Shown here: positions 1-11,046 of the stretch, piece by piece | Position numbering within the stretch: the stretch's first letter is position 1 | Layout of the letters: every line of letters starts with the position of its first letter | Source of the DNA: Synechococcus sp. | GTDB lineage: Bacteria; Cyanobacteriota; Cyanobacteriia; PCC-6307; Cyanobiaceae | Length of the DNA: 64,000 bases | Assembly (NCBI GenBank): GCA_047285535.1 | Contig: JBJBDC010000001.1 | Span: 640,136 to 704,135, forward strand | Direction: 5' to 3' | Position numbers and translations under genes: made by a program | Notes under the pieces: generated by a model | Seen by the model: the letters and a program-made list of their open reading frames with translations, nothing else | The model's database searches: none | What the model was told of the DNA's origin: nothing

Positions 1-487
1 ACATCCTGTTTTGGGTTCGGTGTCAGTGCCATTCCTTGAAGAGATTTATTGGTGTTCTCCCAGCCAAGGGAGTTATCTCAATGATCAACGGATTCATGTG
101 ACGGATTGCAGCAAAATGGAGGAAAGTCTTTTAGTTACTGGATTTGCGTATGACCGTCGTGAAGTGAAAGATAATAATTACGCCGAATTTTGCTGGTTAA
201 CACATCGATGCCGCGGAGTGCGACGTGGTGGTGCAGCTGCGGTGGATCTTGCATTCGTTGCAGCAGGGCGCTTGGATGGATATTGGGAAAGGGGTTTAGC
301 CCCATGGGATCTCGCTGCTGGAGCAGCATTAGTCTGCTGTGCTGGAGGCAGTGTCAGCGATTACAAGACGACAGAATTTGATGTTGCAAACGGCAGGATT
401 CTTGCCACATCACCGGAGCTGCATCAGCCACTCTGGCAAGAGCTTGATCAAGTCAAAGCTTTTCATCCAGAGAGCTACGGTGCCTGA
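1..487 (+). CDS. suhB: Inositol monophosphatase family protein (5'-truncated by window edge)
   Basis: Motifs TGFAYD, RRGGAAAVDLAFVAAGRLDGYWE and WDLAAG are typical of IMPase/SuhB; the N-terminus lies outside the window. Confidence 0.85.
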   Translation, partial: HPVLGSVSVPFLEEIYWCSPSQGSYLNDQRIHVTDCSKMEESLLVTGFAYDRREVKDNNYAEFCWLTHRCRGVRRGGAAAVDLAFVAAGRLDGYWERGLAPWDLAAGAALVCCAGGSVSDYKTTEFDVANGRILATSPELHQPLWQELDQVKAFHPESYGA

Positions 488-533
488 ATAACAACGTCAT
501 AAGATGATTGATCGTGATTGATTCAGTAGCTGG

Positions 534-1712
534 ATGGCACTGCAACCCGCCACTGGCGCCCGAGATCTGAATCCTAAGCAGGTCCAACAAAATCAGGAGC
601 TACGTGAACAATTGGCGGTGGTCTATCGCCACTGGGGGTATGACGAAGTCTCACCACCTCAGGTAGAACGTCTGGATACACTCATGGCCGGTGGAGCAAT
701 AGCCAGTCACGATGTTGTGCGTCTGGTCTCTGACGATCCTCTAGGACTGCGACCAGAGATGACAGCTTCGATTGCAAGAGCTGCCTGTACGAGGCTGAAG
801 GACCGTACAAGACCCTTGAGACTCTGGGCTTGCGGCACTATTTTCGAAAGTCGGACAGCTGAAGAAGGTGGACTTTGCATAGAAGAAAAACTTCATAGCG
901 GTGTCGAACTGTTTGGCATTAAGGAACTCGGAGCTGAGCTCGAACTCCTCACTCTGCTTCTGCAAGCGATGAATGCACTCTCTCTAGACGCTGAACATCA
1001 GCCTCGTCTGCTGATTGGACATACCTCCTTAATGGATTTAGCTCTGGCCCCGATCAACGCACAATCCCGAGAGCGGATCCGAACCTGTTTGGTTCAATAT
1101 GATCGCCTCGGTCTAGAAGCAATGGAGATCGAATCCTCAACATTGAAGGAGCTTGTGGATTTACTCGACTATCGCGGACAACCGAAAGAAATACTTGAAC
1201 TGTTGGAAGGCCACTTCGGCAACCAACAAGTGCTCGCAGACTTGAAACGCTTATTTGAGCATCTAAGTCCCCTTGCGGATGAACAATCCATCGCAATCCA
1301 ATTGGATCCAACCTTTCATCCTCATCATGAGCTCTACGATGGATTAGTGTTTCAAGTTGTTTGCCAAGGGATCTCAGCTCCTGTGGTGATTGCCCGTGGG
1401 GGAAGATACGATGGATTAGTGCAGCGATGTGGAGAAGTCGAAAAGAACGCTGCCGGCGTAGGATTTAGTTTCTGTTTGGATGATATTCGTAATCTTCCAG
1501 CATCTACTTCAGACGAGAAACCTAAGCAGGATAGTATTTTGATCTGCTGGAGCAAGAATTCGAGTCTTGAGAAGGCGTTATTAAAACAGAAAAACTGGCA
1601 TGCACATGGTCGAATCGCTCTGTGTGATCTCACGGCTTGCAACGACCGAACAGAAGCCGAGCAAAAGCTTGAGAGGTCGAATTGCAGCTCATTTGACTGG
1701 CTGATTGACTAG
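534..1712 (+). CDS. hisZ: ATP phosphoribosyltransferase regulatory subunit
   Basis: HisRS-like fold (GARDL, LRPEMTASIAR, GGRYDGL, GVGFSF) in a 392-aa protein without a full HisRS anticodon domain. Confidence 0.9.
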   Translation: MALQPATGARDLNPKQVQQNQELREQLAVVYRHWGYDEVSPPQVERLDTLMAGGAIASHDVVRLVSDDPLGLRPEMTASIARAACTRLKDRTRPLRLWACGTIFESRTAEEGGLCIEEKLHSGVELFGIKELGAELELLTLLLQAMNALSLDAEHQPRLLIGHTSLMDLALAPINAQSRERIRTCLVQYDRLGLEAMEIESSTLKELVDLLDYRGQPKEILELLEGHFGNQQVLADLKRLFEHLSPLADEQSIAIQLDPTFHPHHELYDGLVFQVVCQGISAPVVIARGGRYDGLVQRCGEVEKNAAGVGFSFCLDDIRNLPASTSDEKPKQDSILICWSKNSSLEKALLKQKNWHAHGRIALCDLTACNDRTEAEQKLERSNCSSFDWLID

Positions 1713-1742
1713 ATTGTTATTGACATAGCAAGGTGTGAAACC

Positions 1743-1967
1743 ATGGCGCATACCATCATCAGCGATATCTGCGAAGGAGTAGCTGACTGTGTTGACGCTT
1801 GTCCTGTTGCATGCATCCAGCCAGGAAGCGGAAAGAATAAAAAAGGAACAGATTTCTATTTCATAAATTTTGATACGTGTATTGATTGTGGCATTTGCCT
1901 TCAGGTTTGCCCAGTTGGAGGCGCAATTATTCCAGATGAATGCCCAGAACTCCAAAAAGCTGACTAA
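1743..1967 (+). CDS. Dicluster (7Fe/8Fe-type) ferredoxin
   Basis: CEGVADCVDACP and CIDCGICLQVCP cysteine motifs, 74 aa. Confidence 0.9.
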   Translation: MAHTIISDICEGVADCVDACPVACIQPGSGKNKKGTDFYFINFDTCIDCGICLQVCPVGGAIIPDECPELQKAD

Positions 1968-2555
1968 CACGTCACTGAATGTGGGGAAGCAAGTATTTAA
2001 CGAGAAGCTAATCAATCTCATTCTTAACCCTTAGAGAACAAGTTGTATAAACGTTTCTAATTTTTGGACAAACACTAGAAACACATAACATCAGTCATGA
2101 TCACAGAGCAAACCAAGCAGGATTATATAGTCTGCCTATTTGCTGGAAATTGTAGATCCTGCCTCATAGCATTAGAATTTAAGCAATACAATTCAGACAA
2201 GGAGAACTGACTTGAAACTTCCAGCAATCTTAAAAAGCTAATCTTAAAGCTAAACACAAGCCGAATCGTGATCGAATACCAAGCATGCATTCATTCAAAA
2301 AATATTTATGGCGATCAATGAATAGGATCTAAACAATAGCCGGCCGTGGTATTATTGAGGAGGAATATGATTAATCTGGATTCTCTATTGCTTATACACC
2401 TAGGCTTCCTAATACTGGAACAAACCAGGCTGAACATGACAACTAGGGCGATCAACGCGCTAAAAGCGTAATCAAGAGGTTCGGGGAACCCCCAATACTC
2501 CATCTTGTGCTTTAACTGTCCGCATCTCTAAAATTCTTTTTTTAGGGCATTGATC

Positions 2556-4460
2556 ATGGCGGTGATGGAAGAGCAGGGTCAGATCAAGATCCACACCGAA
2601 AACATCTTCCCAATCATCAAAAAGGCTGTTTATTCTGGTCACGAAGTATTCCTGCGTGAACTGGTTAGTAATGGTGTCGATGCGATTAGTAAAAGGCGCA
2701 TGGCTGCAATGGCAGGAGATTGCAGCGAAGGAGACGATGGTCTGATCAAGATTCATGTGGATCGATCTGCTAAAACCATAACCATTTCTGATAACGGAAT
2801 CGGCATGACAGCCGATGAAGTGAAGAGATACATTAATCAGGTTGCCTTCTCAAGTGCAGAGGACTTTCTAGAGAAATACAAACAAGAAGACGATGCCATC
2901 ATCGGTCACTTTGGCCTGGGGTTCTATTCAAGCTTTATGGTTTCGGATCGCGTTGAACTGGTCACTAAATCCGCAAAACCTGACAACGATTCCGTTCGCT
3001 GGAGTTGCGACGGCTCGCCTAACTTCACCATTACAAGCGGCGATCGATCTGAACCCGGTACCGATGTTATTCTTCATCTGATGGAAGACGAATTGGAATA
3101 TATTGAACCAGCAAGAATACGCAACCTAGTTAATACTTATTGCGACTTTATGTCGATCCCAGTTCAACTTGAAGGTGAAACTATTAATAAGATGATAGCT
3201 CCTTGGCGCAAGAGCGCCCGTGAATTAACCGATCAGGATTATATAGATCTTTATCATTATCTATATCCATTTCAAGGAGATCCATTACTTTGGGTTCATC
3301 TGAACACAGATTATCCTTACAATTTACAAGGAATTCTATTTTTTCCAAAACAAACTGGCAGAGCTGATTGGGAGAAAGGAGAGATCAAACTTTACTGCAA
3401 TCAAGTTTTTGTAAGTGATTCGATAAAGGAGGTTGTTCCTCGGTACCTCCTTCCTTTAAGAGGCGTGATTGATTCGCCTGATATTCCTTTAAATGTAAGC
3501 AGAAGTGCCTTGCAAACCGATCGAAGAGTAAGATCCATAGGTAATTTTGTTGCGAAAAAAGTATCTGATCGTCTTCGTAGTCTGAAAAAAGATGATTCCA
3601 AATTATATGCAGATGCATGGGAATCTTTGGCCCCTTTTGTAAAGATAGGAGCTATGGAGGATGATAAATTTGCAGAGCAAGTGGAAGAACTTATTCTATT
3701 TGCAACCAGCGCTGATCCCTCAACGGAAGATGGCGGAGATCCATTTGCAGGCAAAGAGCACGCCTACACAACCTTTGCAGGGTATCGAGGGAGAATGAAA
3801 AGTGATGAAAAAAAGATTTTGTATTGTACAGATGAAGTATCACAGTCTGCAGCATTAAATTTGTGGACATCCCAGGACAGGGAAGTCTTATTTGCAGAAA
3901 CAGTGATTGATAGTCAATTCATCCCATGGCTGGAATCTCGCCATAATGAATTTACATTTCAGCGAGTTGATGCAGAATTAGACGATTCACTAAGAGAGGA
4001 GTTACCCGAAATTAGCGATGCCGATGGAGAAACCAAGAGTGAGAGCATTCGAAAACTAATCAAAGAAGCACTTTCTAATGATAAAGTAACAATTCAGGTG
4101 CAATCGCTTAAATCCGGATCTGAGAGTCCAGCTGCATTAATTTTGCTTCCCGAGCAAATGCGACGCATGAATGATATAGGTGCATTGATGGACCAGAAAC
4201 TCCCTGGCTTACCAGATCATCATGTGCTGCTAGTAAACCAAAAACATCCCCTTGTGGAAGGATTGCTGAAGTTACAAGCAGGCGGTGTGATTGTTGGTGA
4301 TTCAGGTCAGTCGCCTAGTGAACAACTTGCAAGAGATCTGGCTCAACATCTTTATGCCACCGCAAAGCTATCGGTAGGAGGGCTAGATCCACGGGAGCTA
4401 GCTGCGTTCCAGGCAAAGAACCTTCAATTAATGTCGCAGTTAATGGAAAGAGGTCTTTGA
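2556..4460 (+). CDS. htpG: Hsp90-family chaperone HtpG
   Basis: FLRELVSNGVDA, DNGIGMT, IGHFGLGFYS and DIPLNVSRS motifs; start placed at ATG 2556. Confidence 0.97.
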   Translation: MAVMEEQGQIKIHTENIFPIIKKAVYSGHEVFLRELVSNGVDAISKRRMAAMAGDCSEGDDGLIKIHVDRSAKTITISDNGIGMTADEVKRYINQVAFSSAEDFLEKYKQEDDAIIGHFGLGFYSSFMVSDRVELVTKSAKPDNDSVRWSCDGSPNFTITSGDRSEPGTDVILHLMEDELEYIEPARIRNLVNTYCDFMSIPVQLEGETINKMIAPWRKSARELTDQDYIDLYHYLYPFQGDPLLWVHLNTDYPYNLQGILFFPKQTGRADWEKGEIKLYCNQVFVSDSIKEVVPRYLLPLRGVIDSPDIPLNVSRSALQTDRRVRSIGNFVAKKVSDRLRSLKKDDSKLYADAWESLAPFVKIGAMEDDKFAEQVEELILFATSADPSTEDGGDPFAGKEHAYTTFAGYRGRMKSDEKKILYCTDEVSQSAALNLWTSQDREVLFAETVIDSQFIPWLESRHNEFTFQRVDAELDDSLREELPEISDADGETKSESIRKLIKEALSNDKVTIQVQSLKSGSESPAALILLPEQMRRMNDIGALMDQKLPGLPDHHVLLVNQKHPLVEGLLKLQAGGVIVGDSGQSPSEQLARDLAQHLYATAKLSVGGLDPRELAAFQAKNLQLMSQLMERGL

Positions 4461-4520
4461 ACACCCACTTTGCTAAGGTATGACTACGGTTAATACCCAT
4501 CGCTTCTAAAGGTCCTCGTT

Positions 4521-4757
4521 ATGTCACGGGTGTGTCAGCTCACAGGTACTCGCGCTAATAACGGCATGGCTGTGAGCCACTCCCACATAAGAACAAAAAA
4601 GTTGCAACAGGCCAATTTGCAACAACGTCGTCTTTGGTGGGCAGAGGGTAAGCGTTGGATCAACCTTCGCATCACAACACGTGCGTTAAAAACAATTCAA
4701 AAGAAAGGTTTAGGTGCATATGCTCGTTCTCTTGGCATCAATCTCGCCAAACTCTGA
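4521..4757 (+). CDS. rpmB: 50S ribosomal protein L28
   Basis: MSRVCQLTG...[10 protein letters not shown]...NLQ signature. Confidence 0.98.
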   Translation: MSRVCQLTGTRANNGMAVSHSHIRTKKLQQANLQQRRLWWAEGKRWINLRITTRALKTIQKKGLGAYARSLGINLAKL

Positions 4758-4791
4758 TTCTTTCTAGAGTTTCGCGACTTGAATTGTATAG

Positions 4792-5343
4792 ATGAACAGG
4801 CGATCATTCATCCAAATAGTTTTTTTTGGATTTCTAGCCCTTGTAAGTCGCCCCCAACGCTCACTAGCCTTAGGTGGAAAGTTACCTGAAGTAGGATCCC
4901 TAGCTCCTGACTTTGAGTTACCAGGTGTAAGCATTCTTGCCCCCCAACAGACTCAATGGAATCTCAGGAGTTTTAAAGGGCGTTGGTTGGTGCTTTATTT
5001 CTACCCAAGGGATTTCACTTCTGGGTGCACGATCGAAGCGCACAGCTTTCAACAAGCACTGCCAATGTTCAAATTGGAAGGGGCAGAGGTTTCAGCAATC
5101 AGTGCTGACTCTGTTAGTGATCATGAATCGTTCTGCAGTTCTGAGAAGCTGGCTTTTCCATTGCTGTCCGACCCGAATGGTGACGTGAGCAAGGCATACG
5201 GATCCTGGATGGCTCCGTACTCCATGCGACATACGTTTCTAATCGATCAAGACTCAGTGCTCCGTGCAGTCTGGACTGGAGTGCGCCCTGTTGGCCATGC
5301 CAAGGAAGTACTTAATCGACTTCGTGAACTCAAGGCCAATTGA
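4792..5343 (+). CDS. Peroxiredoxin (BCP/PrxQ family) with RR-containing N-terminal signal
   Basis: VLYFYPRDFTSGCTIEA peroxidatic motif; N-terminus MNRRSFI followed by a hydrophobic stretch. Confidence 0.9.
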   Translation: MNRRSFIQIVFFGFLALVSRPQRSLALGGKLPEVGSLAPDFELPGVSILAPQQTQWNLRSFKGRWLVLYFYPRDFTSGCTIEAHSFQQALPMFKLEGAEVSAISADSVSDHESFCSSEKLAFPLLSDPNGDVSKAYGSWMAPYSMRHTFLIDQDSVLRAVWTGVRPVGHAKEVLNRLRELKAN

Positions 5344-5411
5344 GCATTCTGCTCGTGTTAGAGGTAGGGAGTTGAACTTGGCTCAATGGAGCCGCTCGTG
5401 AGGATTCTGCT

Positions 5412-6911
5412 ATGGCGATTGAAAAAGGGCAGAGTCCTTTTATCCTTCTATATCACAGAACTCCATTCGATGAAGGCAAGGATGAGAATGGCAACAGGGT
5501 TTGGTGCGATCAAAAAAGTCCTAATGGAATTATCCCTACACTGAGAAACCTATTTCGTACTCGAGAAAACGGTACATGGATCGCTTGGAGAAAAGTAGAT
5601 GCAATCGAAGATTCAAATGATGAACGCATCGCGATGTCAAATCCAAAACCTTTTACATTACGAAGGATTCCACTTGAAGAAAATCAAATATCTAGTTTCT
5701 ATCATGTTACATCAAAGGAATCATTCTGGCCCATTCTTCATACTTTTCCAACATATTTTGATGTTAACAATGCGGATTGGGAGATCTTTGAAGAGGTTAA
5801 TCTTCGTTTCGCAACAGCAGCCTGCCATGAGGCTGCTGAATCAGCAACAGTATGGGTACATGATTACAACCTTTGGCTCGTTCCTGGATACATTAGAAGC
5901 TTAAGACCTGACTTGAAAATTGCATTTTTTCATCACACTCCATTTCCTGGTAACGATGTTTTTGCAATACTGCCCTGGCGTGAGCAAATAGTTGAAAGTC
6001 TGTTGAGTTGCGATGTTGTTGGCTTCCATATCCCAAGATATACAGAGAACTTTGCCCGTGCAGCTAATTGTCTATTAGGTGCAAAGAAAGGCTCAAAACA
6101 ACCTGTTAATGCAAGATTTGTGTCTATCGGATCAGCATTAACAGAACCTTCGGAAACACCTTGTTTATTTTACAAGGGGCGTGAAATTAAACTTTTGTCT
6201 TCACCTGTTGGAACATCACCTGATGTTATTTTAAAACTGGCTGACAGAGATGATGTTCGAGAGCTTGCCGATAAGATCGATGATGATACGAAAAAAGGGA
6301 GAAAGCTTATTTTATCGGCCAGTCGTGTCGACTACACCAAAGGTAATGAAGAACTTCTGCTTGCATTTGAACGCCTATTAGAACGTCGTCCGGATTGGCA
6401 TGGAAAGGTTGTTCTAATGCTTGCTTGTGTTGCAGCGGCAAGTGGAATGAAGATCTACGAAGAGACTCAACGAACCATTGAAGAAACTGCAGGACGAATT
6501 AATGGACGATTTAGTCTTATCGATTGGGTGCCAATACGATTTTCAACACGTCGAATTCCATATGAAGAGATGGTGGCATGGTTTACTCGGTCTGATATTT
6601 GCTGGATCACGCCTCTTCGTGATGGCTTAAATCTAGTCGCCAAGGAATATGCAGCTGCTCGTAAGGATCGAGGTGGGGTTCTTGTGTTGTCTGAGTTCAC
6701 TGGAGCTTCAGTTGTACTGAATGGTGCTGTCTTAACTAATCCTTACTCTCATCGTCAAATGGATGAAGCCATTGAACGCGCTCTGGAAATGCCGGAGACA
6801 GAGCAAATTCAAAGAATGAGCAGGATGAGTCGTGCCGTTGAAAGTTTTACTGTTAGTGATTGGGTCAACGAACAAATGAGCGCACTCGACAATCACCCCT
6901 CAGCTGAATAG
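5412..6911 (+). CDS. ggpS: Glucosylglycerol-phosphate synthase (GT20)
   Basis: GT20 motifs WVHDYNLWL, FFHHTPFP, RVDYTKG, RDGLNLVAKEY, LSEFTGA; SPNGIIPTL N-terminal motif of cyanobacterial GgpS. Confidence 0.92.
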   Translation: MAIEKGQSPFILLYHRTPFDEGKDENGNRVWCDQKSPNGIIPTLRNLFRTRENGTWIAWRKVDAIEDSNDERIAMSNPKPFTLRRIPLEENQISSFYHVTSKESFWPILHTFPTYFDVNNADWEIFEEVNLRFATAACHEAAESATVWVHDYNLWLVPGYIRSLRPDLKIAFFHHTPFPGNDVFAILPWREQIVESLLSCDVVGFHIPRYTENFARAANCLLGAKKGSKQPVNARFVSIGSALTEPSETPCLFYKGREIKLLSSPVGTSPDVILKLADRDDVRELADKIDDDTKKGRKLILSASRVDYTKGNEELLLAFERLLERRPDWHGKVVLMLACVAAASGMKIYEETQRTIEETAGRINGRFSLIDWVPIRFSTRRIPYEEMVAWFTRSDICWITPLRDGLNLVAKEYAAARKDRGGVLVLSEFTGASVVLNGAVLTNPYSHRQMDEAIERALEMPETEQIQRMSRMSRAVESFTVSDWVNEQMSALDNHPSAE

Positions 6912-8182
6912 TGAAAAGATTAATCCTTCGAAGACGAGTACTGGCAATCATTACTGGTCTCATTATTTTCATTGCCACCATTCGTTTAGCTAATGCAAGA
7001 GAGATAGAGTCAATATCCTTTCTTTTTCCAGCTCCATATGCAGATGCTACAAGTGAATTGGTTCAACAATTCAATCGAGAAAACCATGGAAAGATAAAGC
7101 TCAATATTATTCGTGGTCCATTTGCCACTGATGCTGTGTCTGATTTAGCTATTAGCAGTTTACTTTTAGGTCGTGCACCATTTGATGGATTGCTAATGGA
7201 CGTCACTTGGTTACCAAAATATGCAGCGGCTGGTTGGATTGAACCACTTGATTCATATTTTGATGAGAATGACGTGACTTCATTGGCAGAAGGTGCAAGA
7301 GAGGGTAATTTCTACAATGATCATTTATATCGGTGGCCATTGGCTGCCGATATGGGATTGTTGTATTGGAGAACTGATTTGATGGATGCTCCTCCTCAAA
7401 CACCTCAGGAACTTATTTCAATCAGCAAATCCATACAAAAAGAAAAAAAGGTTGAATGGGGATATGTTTGGCAAGGTCGTCAATATGAAGGTTTAAGTTG
7501 TGTTTATTTAGAAATGATTAAAGGTTTTGGCGGATTCTGGTATCACCCAAATGATAATCGGATTGGCCTGGATCAATCAGCGGGCGTCACAGCAGCAGCA
7601 TGGCTCAATTCACTCATTGAACAGGGTGTAAGTCCAGAGGCAGTCACAAATTTTGCAGAGCCTGAGGCTCTCCAGAGCTTTAGAGCAGGAGATTCTGCAT
7701 TCATGCGTAATTGGCCTTATGCCTGGTCAGAACTCCAACAACCTGACAGTCCCATTAAAGGGAAAGTTGGTGTTACTACTATGGTTGCAAACCCTGGATA
7801 TTCAACATCCACCAACGGTAGCTGGGGTCTAACAGTGTTGAATGAATCCAGTCATATTGAGGCTGCTGTCAAGGCAATACGTTTTCTCACTAATAATGAT
7901 TCACAAAAGCAACTATTTCTTCAACATGGTTATACACCTACTAAAAAAAGTATATTTGAGGACCCTTTACTCCTTGAAGAAGAGCCAATCCTGAAAGAAC
8001 TAGACCGTGCACTAAATGTTTCAAAAGCAAGGCCTGAAACTCCCCTTTATGCACAAATCAGTGATGTCTTACAGCGTCAATTAAGCGGAGTGCTAACAGC
8101 TGAGCAAACCCCTCAACAGGGTATGTCACAAGCCACACGTAATACGCAAGAAATCCTGATATCAGCCGGAGAACAACGATGA
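6911..8182 (+). CDS. Sugar/glucosylglycerol ABC transporter substrate-binding protein (GgtB-like)
   Basis: CUT1 binding-protein motifs (DVTW, GLLYWRTDL, QYEGL, FMRNWPY); start overlaps the ggpS stop. Confidence 0.85.
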   Translation: MKRLILRRRVLAIITGLIIFIATIRLANAREIESISFLFPAPYADATSELVQQFNRENHGKIKLNIIRGPFATDAVSDLAISSLLLGRAPFDGLLMDVTWLPKYAAAGWIEPLDSYFDENDVTSLAEGAREGNFYNDHLYRWPLAADMGLLYWRTDLMDAPPQTPQELISISKSIQKEKKVEWGYVWQGRQYEGLSCVYLEMIKGFGGFWYHPNDNRIGLDQSAGVTAAAWLNSLIEQGVSPEAVTNFAEPEALQSFRAGDSAFMRNWPYAWSELQQPDSPIKGKVGVTTMVANPGYSTSTNGSWGLTVLNESSHIEAAVKAIRFLTNNDSQKQLFLQHGYTPTKKSIFEDPLLLEEEPILKELDRALNVSKARPETPLYAQISDVLQRQLSGVLTAEQTPQQGMSQATRNTQEILISAGEQR

Positions 8183-9060
8183 TCATATTGTTATTAATTC
8201 CATCATTGCTACTTCTTCTCATTGTTTTTGTTGTACCCTTGCTTCGCTACTTGTGGTTAAGTTTTCATGCTGATTCGGTTGTAACAGGATTAATTCCGAT
8301 TCCTAACCATGGTGCTAATTGGGTCAGGTTGATCAGTGATGAAAGATATTGGCAGGCGCTAGGTCAAACCTTTCGATTTGCCGGGGTTTCTGTTTGTGTT
8401 GAATTGGTACTTGCACTTTGTATCGCTCTTCTTTTGGATCAGAGATGGCGAGGTCGAAGTGTTGTGCGGGCAATAACACTGATACCGTGGGCACTCCCAA
8501 CAACAGTGATGGCCTTAGGATGGAGATGGATTTTCAATACACCTTACGGGCCTATCGATCATCTCACCAATTTGATTGGTATCGGATCATTGAATATCCT
8601 CGGTGAACCAAATTTTGCTTGGTTGGCTACCGTTTTTGCAGACGTATGGAAAACAACTCCCTTTGCAGCTTTAATTATCCTTGCAGGGCTGCAAACGATC
8701 CCTTCAGATCTCTACGAAGCTCTTCGCCTGGAGGGGGCACAATCATTATCGATCCTTCGTCGCATAACTCTTCCATTGCTTCGTCCTTATATTCTCCTAG
8801 CATTGCTATTCAGACTAGCTCAAGCCTTTGGAGTGTTTGATTTGATTCAAGTCCTCACTGGTGGAGGTCCTGCAGGCAGCACGGAAAGTGTTGCTTTATA
8901 CGCCTATTTGAATGCTCTTAGATTTCTAGATTTCGGCTACAGCGCCACTCTAATTATTAGCAGTTTTATTTTTATATGCATGACTTGCATAGTGGCTTGG
9001 TTTTGTATTAAAGCATTTTTCCCTCAGCATTCACTGCCTAAGGAGCTCACTAAATCATGA
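8179..9060 (+). CDS. Sugar ABC transporter permease (GgtC-like)
   Basis: Multi-pass hydrophobic protein with WKTTPF...LQTIPSDLYEA..EGA EAA loop. Confidence 0.88.
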   Translation: MIILLLIPSLLLLLIVFVVPLLRYLWLSFHADSVVTGLIPIPNHGANWVRLISDERYWQALGQTFRFAGVSVCVELVLALCIALLLDQRWRGRSVVRAITLIPWALPTTVMALGWRWIFNTPYGPIDHLTNLIGIGSLNILGEPNFAWLATVFADVWKTTPFAALIILAGLQTIPSDLYEALRLEGAQSLSILRRITLPLLRPYILLALLFRLAQAFGVFDLIQVLTGGGPAGSTESVALYAYLNALRFLDFGYSATLIISSFIFICMTCIVAWFCIKAFFPQHSLPKELTKS

Positions 9061-9869
9061 GCAAACGTTTTCTAATATTAATTCTTTTGGTCTGGTCTTT
9101 AGGCCCGTTATTTTGGCAAATTTATACTTCCTTCAGTACCGAGGCAGCTCTCGTTCAACCTTTTTCTTCCATTGATCAACGCTGGACTTTAATTCATTAT
9201 CATAGCATTCTCTCTTCCAATCCTCCATTCTGGCGCTATTTAATTAACAGCTTCATTGTCGGCGTTGCATCAACTTTTCTGTGTTTATTCTTGGCCATAC
9301 CTGCCTCTTATGCATTGAATAAAATTTCAACAAAGATTGCTGCGACAGCTCGTTTGGGACTGGTAGGAGCAGCATTATTTCCCTATGTACTACTTTTCTT
9401 GGCATTATTAGAGATTGCTCGTGATCTTAACCTTGGCAATAATCTATTGGCTTTAAGCATTCCTTATGCAGCTCTAACACAACCTCTTGCGGTGCTTTTA
9501 CTCAGCAGCGCCTTTCATAATATTCCTAGTGAGTTAGAGGATGCTGCAAAACTGGAGGGTCTTAGTCTCTGGCAACGGTTACGTTGGGTTTTAGTGCCGT
9601 TGATTGCACCAGCGACTGCAAGCACGGCTATATTAGTTTTTCTTTTTTCCTGGAATGAATATCCTATAGCATTGACATGGATCAGTGAATCCAGCAAATT
9701 AACGCTGCCAGTTGCCATGGCAAGGATCGCTGGGTCTTCGGTTTTCTCAGTCCCTTTTGGTGCTTACGCTGCAGCAACAGTTCTCGGTTCAATCCCCCTT
9801 GTCTTACTGGTTTTGATTTTCCAGAAACCTATTGTTTCAGGCCTCACTAGCGGAGCTGTAAAAGGATGA
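9057..9869 (+). CDS. Sugar ABC transporter permease (GgtD-like)
   Basis: IPSELEDAAKLEG EAA loop, FSWNEY, C-terminal GLTSGAVKG. Confidence 0.88.
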   Translation: MSKRFLILILLVWSLGPLFWQIYTSFSTEAALVQPFSSIDQRWTLIHYHSILSSNPPFWRYLINSFIVGVASTFLCLFLAIPASYALNKISTKIAATARLGLVGAALFPYVLLFLALLEIARDLNLGNNLLALSIPYAALTQPLAVLLLSSAFHNIPSELEDAAKLEGLSLWQRLRWVLVPLIAPATASTAILVFLFSWNEYPIALTWISESSKLTLPVAMARIAGSSVFSVPFGAYAAATVLGSIPLVLLVLIFQKPIVSGLTSGAVKG

Positions 9870-10837
9870 CTCTTCAGATTCAAAATTTGGGGAGATGTAT
9901 TGGTCAGCACTGGATTGTTCGCCATCTTAATCTTCATGTTGATGATGGAGAATGTGTTGCACTTGTCGGGCCTAGTGGTTGCGGTAAAAGCAGCACTTTA
10001 CGACTGATTGCGGGCCTAGACCAGGCAACAGATGGAGATATCTTTCTCAATAATGTCAACGTAACGCGCTTCAATGCTCGTCAGAGGGCCATCGGAATGG
10101 TCTTTCAAAGTTATGCTTTACTACCTCATCTGAGTGTTAAAGAAAACCTTGAACTTGGACTTCGAGTTCGAGGTGTTCGAGCTTCTGAAAGGCGAAATCG
10201 TATTCGTGAGATGCTCGATTTAGTGCAGCTCAATGACCGAGCTGAGGTTTTGCCAGCCCAGTTGTCTGGAGGACAGCGTCAGCGAGTCGCTTTAGCCCGG
10301 GCTTTACTGAGAGATCCAGATGTTTATTTACTCGACGAGCCAATGAGCAATTTAGATGCACAACTACGGGAGGAATTGCGGCCTGAATTACGTCGTCTGG
10401 TGCTCCATCGTCATAAACCTGTCATTCATGTCACTCATGATCAGCATGAAGCGATGGCTGTCGCTGATCGTATTGCAGTGCTCAATGCCGGGCATATAGA
10501 ACAGGTGGCTACTCCTGAGGAACTTTATCATCATCCTGAGACATTGTTTATTGCTCAATTTATTGGGCGCCCACAGATCAATTGTCTCTTGCCTCAACAG
10601 GACATCATTCGTGCTGTTAGGCCTGAAGATATTTACTTTTCTCCTCAGGGAATCCATTGCCAATTGGTGTCACGCGAATGGCTTGGAAGTTCTCAACTTC
10701 TCTACTTAGAATCACCACAAGGTCCTTTAAGAATGGCATGCCCAACTCACACTGAGATCCCTGAGTCTCTAATAGTCAACTGGAATTCATCATCAGAGCA
10801 TCATTTTGATTCTTTGACAGGTCAAAGGATCAATTAA
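9866..10837 (+). CDS. Sugar ABC transporter ATP-binding protein (GgtA/MalK-like)
   Basis: Walker A GPSGCGKS, signature LSGGQRQR, Walker B LLDEPMSNLD, VTHDQ. Confidence 0.92.
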   Translation: MTLQIQNLGRCIGQHWIVRHLNLHVDDGECVALVGPSGCGKSSTLRLIAGLDQATDGDIFLNNVNVTRFNARQRAIGMVFQSYALLPHLSVKENLELGLRVRGVRASERRNRIREMLDLVQLNDRAEVLPAQLSGGQRQRVALARALLRDPDVYLLDEPMSNLDAQLREELRPELRRLVLHRHKPVIHVTHDQHEAMAVADRIAVLNAGHIEQVATPEELYHHPETLFIAQFIGRPQINCLLPQQDIIRAVRPEDIYFSPQGIHCQLVSREWLGSSQLLYLESPQGPLRMACPTHTEIPESLIVNWNSSSEHHFDSLTGQRIN

Positions 10838-11046
10838 CTCCTATGTTTGATCATGGTGAAACCTATCGATCATTTTTTCGCTTGTTACTAGTCTTACTTG
10901 ATGTCACTCTCTAGAGATCTAGACTATAGATAGAGAACTGGGATGTCAGTTCATTTTGTTATTCATTTATTTACTCATAAGTCATGAATCTATCTATTGC
11001 CTTTACGTCATTGTCATTAGCCGCGTAGACAATTTGCCCTTACCTT

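Noticed and set aside
2315..2503. 62-aa minus-strand ORF upstream of htpG
   Set aside because: One hydrophobic stretch but no recognisable family; it lies in the likely htpG promoter region and cannot be supported.
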